From: Patescibacteria group bacterium
GTDB lineage: Bacteria > Patescibacteriota > Patescibacteriia > UBA9934
Direction of reading: 5' to 3'
DNA: 64,000 nucleotides
Assembly (NCBI GenBank): GCA_041666205.1
Contig: JBAYHI010000005.1
Span: forward strand, 20,386-84,385
Part shown: piece by piece, positions 1-6,335 of the stretch
Numbering within the stretch: position 1 is the first letter of the stretch
How the letters are laid out: every line of letters starts with the position of its first letter
Notes under the pieces: model-generated
The model's database searches: none
What the model was told of the DNA's origin: nothing
What the model saw: only the letters and a program-made list of their open reading frames with translations
Position numbers and translations under genes: made by a program

Positions 1-550
1 GTATTTCTTTTTTACTTTTGACGGTAAGAATAGCTTGAGCTAATTCTAAAATTGCGTCACCCTCGTTCTTCCCAACCAGTTCCTTGATCATTCCTTCAAA
101 TTCATAACCAGTTTTTTGGAAATCTCGCATTAAATGAACCCACCTCTCATCTCGAATTTTTGCTGTAAGCGTCTTGATTTGTTCAGCCGGCAATGAATTA
201 ATAATTTGAAGAAAACGATCCACGACTTCCGGATTAAAATTTGCTTGAGATATCGAAACGGAGGCAATAATCTCTGTAACTTTTTGTGGATTCTTTTCTG
301 CCATTCGAGTCAAATACTCGAGCTCAGACATACGATACGAATATCGCATTGGGTCTTCTGCTTTATTTTTTATCTCATCCAAAAATCCTTCTTGCCAAAG
401 CCAGCCAAGCCAAGACTCATCTGCTAGTGAAAAGAAAAATCGTTTAGCGTCTTCATTCACCTGTAGACTTTGTGCGACAAAAACATCAGCGCAGTCAGTA
501 CCGGCTGCGAAAAATTCGCCTATTCTTTTATGTAATTCAAGCTGGCTCAT
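1..550 (-). CDS. hypothetical helical protein; start codon (ATG) at 550, C-terminus cut by the window edge; fourth gene of the MazG/DUF2075/CHAT operon
   Basis: Open frame on minus strand from ATG at 550 to window start (MSQLELHKRIGEFFAAG...). Start lies 1 nt after the CHAT gene stop (552-554), indicating tight coupling. No recognisable motif. Not in supplied ORF track because it has no stop inside the window. Confidence 0.45.
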   Translation of the reverse strand, partial: MSQLELHKRIGEFFAAGTDCADVFVAQSLQVNEDAKRFFFSLADESWLGWLWQEGFLDEIKNKAEDPMRYSYRMSELEYLTRMAEKNPQKVTEIIASVSISQANFNPEVVDRFLQIINSLPAEQIKTLTAKIRDERWVHLMRDFQKTGYEFEGMIKELVGKNEGDAILELAQAILTVKSKKEI

Positions 551-551
551 A

Positions 552-1601
552 TTAAGCATTCATAAATAAAATCGGAACGTAATCTTTATCCGCTTGAGGA
601 TTATCATAATACCTTCTCAGTGATTCCTTATAAACTTCTTCCAACCTTTCGAAGTCTTTTCCGGACACCAAAGATTCATAAAATAATTTAGCAAAGATAC
701 CTGCAGAATCTTCTCCGACTCCATATCTGTAACCAATCGCATATCGCGCAATCCCCTTGCTGACGATTTCAAAAGCCAAACTACTCTTATTCACGGCACC
801 TCCACCAGAATAGCAGGAGGAAACAAAAAACAACAAAAATTTTTTGCCTTGAAGAATGTGGATAATCTCCCAATCTTCCAAAATATCTACTTCATTATAT
901 TGATTAATGTCGGATGCCTCTAAACAAAAACCGCCCCCCTCGTCCCCATGCATCATGATGTGGACGATATTATAATCATCCCAGGCTAAAGCGCCGAATT
1001 TTTCTATCGTTGTGTGTTTCGATATCGATATGTTACTTATATGCAATTGTTTGGGAAGCGCCTCTAAAGCATATTTAACTATATCGATGATCTCAATGAT
1101 TATTTTATTTTTGAGATCTTTCAATTTTTCCGTTCGGCGTTCATTGGAATAGGAGGCTACTAATAATAAACTATTGCTGCTGGGCGGATCTAATCTCTCT
1201 CCTGTAACAACTTTTCTCAAAACAAAAATTCTTTTTGCGGATATCTTTTCCCATGGGAGCTCTAGAAAATCACTAAAACCTGACTCGATTATCAGTTCAC
1301 TGCCATCCCCGAAATCAGAGTCACTCAAAGATATTCGTTCAGCTACAAAACTTACAACGCTTTGAAGATTTGGTCCGAGATTTTTTTCAGTAATATTTTC
1401 ATTGCTCATTCCGTTGCCAGCCCCAGGATTGGTAAGCCGTACCCCCGCAGTTCTCTTTGCCTGAGCACAGCGTCCATCGAATTCAGAAAACAATATGGGA
1501 ACTGGATCGCCTTCGTTGCAACCCACAAATAAGTATTGCCCCACAGGCAATTGTTCCCCGTTGTTTTCTTTCATGTCTTTTAGTTCACAAAAAATCTTCA
1601 T
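552..1601 (-). CDS. CHAT-domain (caspase-like Cys/His) protease
   Basis: C-terminal ~220 aa show caspase/CHAT dyad context: ...VHIMMHGDEGGG (His) and ...FFVSSCYSGGG (Cys in SxCxSG). N-terminal ~130 aa are unrelated/unknown. AT-rich coding sequence. Confidence 0.7.
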   Translation of the reverse strand: MKIFCELKDMKENNGEQLPVGQYLFVGCNEGDPVPILFSEFDGRCAQAKRTAGVRLTNPGAGNGMSNENITEKNLGPNLQSVVSFVAERISLSDSDFGDGSELIIESGFSDFLELPWEKISAKRIFVLRKVVTGERLDPPSSNSLLLVASYSNERRTEKLKDLKNKIIIEIIDIVKYALEALPKQLHISNISISKHTTIEKFGALAWDDYNIVHIMMHGDEGGGFCLEASDINQYNEVDILEDWEIIHILQGKKFLLFFVSSCYSGGGAVNKSSLAFEIVSKGIARYAIGYRYGVGEDSAGIFAKLFYESLVSGKDFERLEEVYKESLRRYYDNPQADKDYVPILFMNA

Positions 1602-1646
1602 GAAATCTGAGTCGATAGCTTATTCACTTAAGTTTTCTTTAATTAA

Positions 1647-3548
1647 TTACGATATATCTTCCTCCCACGTCCCATTCGCATCAATACGACTTCTGAAAAA
1701 CTTTTCTGTTTCTTTATTCACAAAGTACACATAACAACCTTTCATCCCCCGCGTCAATAAGATTCGATAGGTGTTTTTCAACAGCTCGACAAATTGATCT
1801 TTTGATCTCCGAACAACCGTATCAAATGAATGTTCTGGTCGTGCAATCCAATTTTGCTTCTCAAAATCGTAAACCAAATCTTCACCGATAATGACACCAA
1901 CATAATCAAACTCAAATCCCTGAGCCGTATACACGCAACCAATTTGATTTACGCCTTGCGGATCGTGTGCCCATAATGATGCTTTTGGAATTCCGGCCAC
2001 CAATCTTCTTGAATCTGTCTTTGCATTCCACGGACGTTGATAATCTCCGATAACGACATCGTCGACTAACGCGCCCTCATTCGTCGCACTAGACCAAGGC
2101 CAGCAAAACCCTGCTGTCAAACGTGCCGTGTTTCCATGTTCAGCTTTTTCTTTTATGGCTTGTTCCAGAGCCTCCGGCGTGTCGAAAATTTTAAATTCAA
2201 AACCGTCATTTTGGTCCCAAATAGGATTTGCCGTACGTTTGATTCCCAACGTGTTATTGACCCAATTGATAAAGGCGTCCGAGCCATTGCATCGAAATTG
2301 CGCCTCAAGTTCATACTCTAAAACCTCACGGCCTTTTTCTTTTGCGTATTCACGAATGTAGGAAACCGACCCGATCTCATTTGGTCGCACGATTTGATTG
2401 TCGTCGATGAAAAATACGGCAAGTTTCGATGCATCTAATAATTCTTCAATTTGGAGTTTGTTTGAGGTTTTATCTTTCCGTGTAAATCGATTATTGCTCG
2501 TTTTTCGTATTCGATGTGCTTCATCACAAATTAGCACATCAATGTCGCCGGGACCGGCCGAAGCATAACTATTGAAATATTTGAATTGTACCGAGCCACG
2601 CGTTCCAATAATTTTTCTTAGTGTCTCGGTAAATGCTTTTGACCCCGTGGCGTAATGTGCATTTTTCCCCTCAGCTAATAGATCTGCCATTAAATTTAGT
2701 GCAATAACAGATTTCCCCGTGCCAGGACCACCGCGAACAATTAATATTTTACGTCCGTCGCTCGTATCAAGTCCTCGACGTGCTAACGCCATCACCTTAT
2801 CAAAAACGATACGCTGTTCATCGAGCAAAACATATTCTGATTTTCCTTTGATAACTGAAGAGATGTGATCGAGTAATTTCCGACTTGGTTTATATTTCCC
2901 ATTATCAATTTTACTCATGACCGATTCCCCGTTTCCGCGCTCCAAACCCTGCAATAAATATGCACAAAGTTCATCTACTTTTTCTGCTGTAAAAACTGGG
3001 TATTTATCGACGAGGTTGGAGAATTTTGGTGAGAACAACTCATCATTGCTCACCGGATTATAGTTGTGCAAATAACTACACGCTTCCAGACGTACCGGCT
3101 GTGGTCCTTCATAAAAAGTCGTGTGCGTATCTGCAAGATATTCTTTGTACCCGCCAACTTGCGCTGAAGGATGAAGAACCTCGCGCTTCGCACCACCTAC
3201 CCACGTTAAGACTTCATTTTCTCCGTCGGCTTGTTCGGTTTTCTCCCACTGCTTGAGCTCGATGATCATTGCCGTATCTTGAGCGTTTGTATCGACTCCG
3301 CAGATAATGCAATCAAGACGTTTTGACGTTAAAGGCAATTGATATTCCAAAAGGATACCGTGATCAATAAGATCTGCATGCTGAAAAACTTGAGACAATG
3401 CGCGCAACGAATTTCTCCAAGATGTAACCTCAGCTGGCGAAGGATAATAACGAAAATGTGAAAAAAATGCATCGCGAAGAAGATCAGCAATGCGATTTTG
3501 AATATTATCGAGGATAAATTCTTTCGAGGTACCTGAATAGAGTCGCAT
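1647..3548 (-). CDS. DUF2075-type protein: N-terminal PD-(D/E)xK nuclease-like domain fused to SF1 helicase-like P-loop ATPase (Schlafen/Nhi-like architecture)
   Basis: N-terminus has D...ELK nuclease motif (RLDCIICGVD...IIELKQW). Walker A GGPGTGKS, Walker B/DEAH box LICDEAHRI. C-terminal LLTRGMKGCYVYF motif typical of the DUF2075/UvrD_C_2-like tail. 633 aa. Confidence 0.7.
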   Translation of the reverse strand: MRLYSGTSKEFILDNIQNRIADLLRDAFFSHFRYYPSPAEVTSWRNSLRALSQVFQHADLIDHGILLEYQLPLTSKRLDCIICGVDTNAQDTAMIIELKQWEKTEQADGENEVLTWVGGAKREVLHPSAQVGGYKEYLADTHTTFYEGPQPVRLEACSYLHNYNPVSNDELFSPKFSNLVDKYPVFTAEKVDELCAYLLQGLERGNGESVMSKIDNGKYKPSRKLLDHISSVIKGKSEYVLLDEQRIVFDKVMALARRGLDTSDGRKILIVRGGPGTGKSVIALNLMADLLAEGKNAHYATGSKAFTETLRKIIGTRGSVQFKYFNSYASAGPGDIDVLICDEAHRIRKTSNNRFTRKDKTSNKLQIEELLDASKLAVFFIDDNQIVRPNEIGSVSYIREYAKEKGREVLEYELEAQFRCNGSDAFINWVNNTLGIKRTANPIWDQNDGFEFKIFDTPEALEQAIKEKAEHGNTARLTAGFCWPWSSATNEGALVDDVVIGDYQRPWNAKTDSRRLVAGIPKASLWAHDPQGVNQIGCVYTAQGFEFDYVGVIIGEDLVYDFEKQNWIARPEHSFDTVVRRSKDQFVELLKNTYRILLTRGMKGCYVYFVNKETEKFFRSRIDANGTWEEDIS

Positions 3549-3550
3549 AA

Positions 3551-3898
3551 CTAGAGTTTATTGTATTTCGTGTGTTTCCCTTTTGCTTTTTCGATCGGGT
3601 ATTTTTCTTCGTTTTTTTTCAATTTTTTCTCTACCGCTTTCAGAAGATCAATTTTCAAATCATGGCTCATTAATAAAACCCAATACAAAACATCCGCGAG
3701 CTCATCTGCGATATGTTCTTTATCGCTTTTCACATAATCCTCAATTTCTTTTGGATTTTTCCATTGGAAATGTTCCATCACTTCTCCCGCCTCCAAAACC
3801 AAAGAAATCGACAAATCTTTTGGGTTATGAAATTGCCTCCAGTCTCTTGCATCTCGAAATGCAATGATCTTTTTTGTGATCTTTTTTATGTCATCCAT
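3551..3898 (-). CDS. MazG-like nucleotide pyrophosphohydrolase (small all-alpha NTP-PPase)
   Basis: 115 aa; EAGEVMEHFQW (E-x-x-E metal site) and ELADVLYWVLLMSHDL motifs typical of MazG/HisE-superfamily NTP pyrophosphatases. Stop is 2 nt from the DUF2075 start. Confidence 0.7.
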   Translation of the reverse strand: MDDIKKITKKIIAFRDARDWRQFHNPKDLSISLVLEAGEVMEHFQWKNPKEIEDYVKSDKEHIADELADVLYWVLLMSHDLKIDLLKAVEKKLKKNEEKYPIEKAKGKHTKYNKL

Positions 3899-3992
3899 AC
3901 CGTCCCATTCTCCCCCCTTTTCCCTCTTTCTTCAATCCCTCCCCAAAATCAAAAATCCCCCGCCGGGGCGAGGGGAAAAAAACCAGAGGAAT

Positions 3993-4007
3993 ATGCAAAT
4001 TTTGCAT
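3993..4007. promoter_or_regulatory. perfect 15-bp palindrome atgcaaattttgcat with flanking TTGCATTTT direct repeats, ~95 nt upstream of the MazG operon start; candidate operator
   Basis: Seen directly in sequence; tgcaaa/tttgca arms; ttgcatttt recurs at 4002-4010 and 4023-4031. Confidence 0.3.
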
Positions 4008-4096
4008 TTTGCTTTCCACTTGCATTTTCAGATGTCCGATTTTTTCGTACACCTGACTCCCCCAAACATTTTTACCCTTTTCCCTCTTGTTCAAAG

Positions 4097-4110
4097 GGGT
4101 CGAATTCGAC
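4097..4110. promoter_or_regulatory. perfect 14-bp palindrome ggtcgaattcgacc in the MazG-operon/RAYT intergenic region
   Basis: Seen directly in sequence. Confidence 0.25.
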
Positions 4111-4139
4111 CAGTTTGAGGCGAGAGGGATTATTCAGTG

Positions 4140-4156
4140 CGTGACAATTTGTCACG
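4140..4156. promoter_or_regulatory. perfect 17-bp palindrome cgtgacaatttgtcacg (8-bp arms) 30 nt downstream of the RAYT stop; candidate operator or transposase-end hairpin
   Basis: Seen directly in sequence. Confidence 0.3.
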
Positions 4157-4186
4157 GTTTCATTTTTAGACCGGGTCGAGGAAAAA

Positions 4187-4753
4187 TTATTCCACAAACA
4201 ATTCATCTTCTTCCCATTTTCGTGGGTTCTCCATAATATAGGTGCGGATATTGCTGAGGGATTTCTCATCACGAACAATGTGTTCATAATAATTCCGTTG
4301 CCAAACCGCGCCACCGGTATTCCCTCGAATAACATTCGCGCGTTTTGTGACCGCGGATTTGAATCCGGCAACAAACGATCCAATCGATTGCGATTTGGGA
4401 CCAGATCGATGTCCTGTAGGGGCGACCGGCCGGTCGCCCCTACGAAAACAAATATCGTCCGTACGAAAAACATCATTTCCACGGTTGATAACCGTAATCA
4501 CATGGATATGATTTGGCATAATCACCAAAGAATCCAATTCGATTTCGGATCGAATTTCGAGGGTCTTCAATAATTCATCATGAACAATATTCCCAAATTG
4601 ATTTAGACGAATAATTCCATGTTCAATTGCACCAAACAAACATTCACGATCCTTTGTGCAAATCGTGAGAAAATATGCGCCATCCTCAGAATAATCGTAT
4701 CCTTGCAGACGAATGGAACGACGGTGCAATCGTGGAAATTTATTAATCGGCAT
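4187..4753 (-). CDS. IS200/IS605-like Y1 (HUH) transposase, REP-associated tyrosine transposase (RAYT)-like
   Basis: HUH motif in VIMPNHIHVITV; C-terminal AVWQRNYYEHIVRDEKSLSNIRTYIMENPRKW with catalytic-Tyr context typical of this family; 188 aa. A REP-like GTAG palindrome is embedded in-frame (see repeat 4416-4443). Confidence 0.7.
   Translation of the reverse strand: MPINKFPRLHRRSIRLQGYDYSEDGAYFLTICTKDRECLFGAIEHGIIRLNQFGNIVHDELLKTLEIRSEIELDSLVIMPNHIHVITVINRGNDVFRTDDICFRRGDRPVAPTGHRSGPKSQSIGSFVAGFKSAVTKRANVIRGNTGGAVWQRNYYEHIVRDEKSLSNIRTYIMENPRKWEEDELFVE
4416..4443. repeat. REP-like palindrome gtaggggcgaccggccggtcgcccctac (GTAG-ended) lying inside the RAYT coding sequence
   Basis: Perfect 28-bp inverted repeat; same GTAGGGGC...GCCCCTAC design as hairpins at 5649, 5699, 5983 and 53537. 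Confidence 0.6.
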
Positions 4754-4772
4754 TTGGCAAAGGATCTATTCC

Positions 4773-5126
4773 TTACTCGTAAATCGGCGGGGACCAAGCC
4801 AACCAGATTATAAGATCTGTAATCAATAGCAATCCAACCAACGCCAGATCCCAAAATCCCACCCATTTTTTCTCTGCAATCTCTGGAAAGAATTTTCCAA
4901 AATAGATGTAGTACAAAATCCGTCGAATGAGTTGCGCGCCAAGAAGGACGCCAACGATTCTTGGAATAGCCGTGAGTGGATAATATCCCCAAAAAATAAA
5001 TCCAACGTCACGCCACGTGAATAAAAGAATAAAAACCGTGGGAACCAAAATGCACACAAAGTAAAGCACGCGCAAAAGGCGATACCATACGATTTCTTTT
5101 GCACGTAAAAGTGTTTTTGTTTGCAT
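4773..5126 (-). CDS. hypothetical small membrane protein (3 predicted TM segments)
   Basis: Hydrophobic stretches ILVPTVFILLF / VGVLLGAQLI / LALVGLLLITDLIIWLAW; no identifiable motif; chosen over overlapping alternative frames. Confidence 0.4.
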   Translation of the reverse strand: MQTKTLLRAKEIVWYRLLRVLYFVCILVPTVFILLFTWRDVGFIFWGYYPLTAIPRIVGVLLGAQLIRRILYYIYFGKFFPEIAEKKWVGFWDLALVGLLLITDLIIWLAWSPPIYE

Positions 5127-5142
5127 ACTCCTCCATGAAAAA

Positions 5143-5589
5143 TTATTTCTTCAGCAATTCCTCAATCATCTTTTTCACGCGTCCCCCATCGACCTGCCCG
5201 CGTAGCTGTTCCATTGATGCTTTCATGGCTTTGCCCATATCAGCCAAATCGCTCACACCAAGTTCGGCAAGAAGTGCTTCAATTTTTGTTTTTAATTCTT
5301 CATCACTCATTTCCGGTGGCAAGTAGGCCTTAAGAATCGCAATTTCTTTTTGCGTTTGCGCAATCAAATCTTCACGCGCAGCTTTTGTGAAATCCCCGAG
5401 TGCATCTTCGAGTTTTTTCAAATCGCTCTTAATGACCGTCATTGCATCGGCGTCTTCGAGTTCTTTTTTGACCTCAATGGCTTTATTTTTGAGAGACGAG
5501 AACGTAACACGCAAGATATTTAAGGTCTCCATGTCGTGGTTACGCATGGCGTTTTTGATGTCTTCTTGGATTTGTTGATAGAGATTCAT
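5143..5589 (-). CDS. GatB/YqeY domain protein
   Basis: MNLYQQIQEDIKNAMRNHDMETLNILRVTFSSLKNKAIE...EMSDEELKTKIEALLAELGV matches the YqeY/GatB C-terminal domain. Start placed at MNLYQQ. Confidence 0.7.
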   Translation of the reverse strand: MNLYQQIQEDIKNAMRNHDMETLNILRVTFSSLKNKAIEVKKELEDADAMTVIKSDLKKLEDALGDFTKAAREDLIAQTQKEIAILKAYLPPEMSDEELKTKIEALLAELGVSDLADMGKAMKASMEQLRGQVDGGRVKKMIEELLKK

Positions 5590-5648
5590 ATGAAGACAGA
5601 TTAGCATGGATTTTGGGATAAATCCATGGATTCTGTCTTATAGAATTT

Positions 5649-5668
5649 ACAGGGGCCTGTCAGCCCCT
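5649..5668. repeat. REP-like hairpin acaggggcctgtcagcccct
   Basis: Inverted repeat aggggc/gcccct; member of the GGGGC...GCCCC hairpin family. Confidence 0.5.
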
Positions 5669-5698
5669 TTTCTTGTTATCTCCACTTTCTTTGGATTC

Positions 5699-5717
5699 GT
5701 AGGGGCATCCTGCCCCT
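5699..5717. repeat. REP-like hairpin GTAGGGGCATCCTGCCCCT (5' GTAG)
   Basis: Inverted repeat with GTAG tetranucleotide as in canonical REP/RAYT substrates. Confidence 0.5.
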
Positions 5718-5727
5718 TGAACCCTGG

Positions 5728-5973
5728 CCCCTCTTTTCTTTGCTGGACCCAAAGAAAAGAGGGGGGAAAAGAAAGGGTCTGTTTTCTTGTAGCCCATCCC
5801 AGCCTTCGCGCTTGGCTGGCCCGGAAAAACGTATGAAGAACCAAACCACCCAGGGCAGGAACGTTTTTCCGGTCGGGCAGTGTTCTGATTGCACCGCCGC
5901 CTCGAGGTTGGTAAAGAGGAATCCGGCAAGTTTCTTTCTCTCCACTTTCTTTGCCGGAACAAAGAAAGTGGAG
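5728..5973. repeat. composite repeat element copy 1: hairpin cccctcttttctttg...caaagaaaagagggg, 87-bp core (5792-5878) identical to 53622-53708, shared aaagaggaatccggc box, terminal hairpin ctccactttctttgccggaacaaagaaagtggag
   Basis: Direct comparison with 53562-53975: core 87/87 identical; flanking hairpins conserved in design; copy 2 carries an extra ~170-bp insert. Confidence 0.65.
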
Positions 5974-5982
5974 AAAATAGGT

Positions 5983-6002
5983 TAGGGGCTGGAAGCCCCT
6001 AC
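5983..6002. repeat. REP-like hairpin taggggctggaagcccctac (GTAG on minus strand)
   Basis: Inverted repeat aggggc/gcccct ending in ...ctac. Confidence 0.5.
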
Positions 6003-6030
6003 AAAAAAGAACAGTCTTTCGACTGTTCTT
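6003..6030 (-). terminator. intrinsic terminator downstream of rpsU (hairpin aagaacagtc-gaaag-actgttctt + T-run on minus strand)
   Basis: Perfect 9-bp stem followed by tttttgt on the minus strand. Confidence 0.5.
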
Positions 6031-6038
6031 TTCTTGTT

Positions 6039-6290
6039 TTAGTTCTGTTGTTTCTTGCGGAAATCTTCTTCTTTAAGCTTTCCGGTACGGATCAAGTATT
6101 CACGCTTCTCGCCCATTTCCAATCGACGCAATGCGTTTTTGCGACGCTTATTGCGATTTGGGGTGCGGGTGAAGAATCGTCCTGCGCGAACATCGAGCGT
6201 TTTACCGCTCTGTTGCACGCGACGGGTAAAGCGACGGAACATCGCTTCAAAACTCTCGCCCTTTTTTCGTTTGATTTCAATGTCTGACAT
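6039..6290 (-). CDS. rpsU: 30S ribosomal protein bS21
   Basis: MSDIEIKRKKGESFEAMFRRFTRRVQQSG...NKRRKNALRRL; typical S21 length and basic C-terminus. Confidence 0.85.
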   Translation of the reverse strand: MSDIEIKRKKGESFEAMFRRFTRRVQQSGKTLDVRAGRFFTRTPNRNKRRKNALRRLEMGEKREYLIRTGKLKEEDFRKKQQN

Positions 6291-6335
6291 GTTGTTTTCC
6301 TACTTTTCTAGTGGCACGAGTGTATCAAAATCCCT

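Noticed and set aside
5640-6040. Possibility that the repeated ctccactttctttg...caaagaaagtggag units are a CRISPR array
   Set aside because: They are inverted (hairpin) repeats with irregular spacing, and only two arms per unit, rather than evenly spaced direct repeats with unique spacers. No cas genes are nearby.
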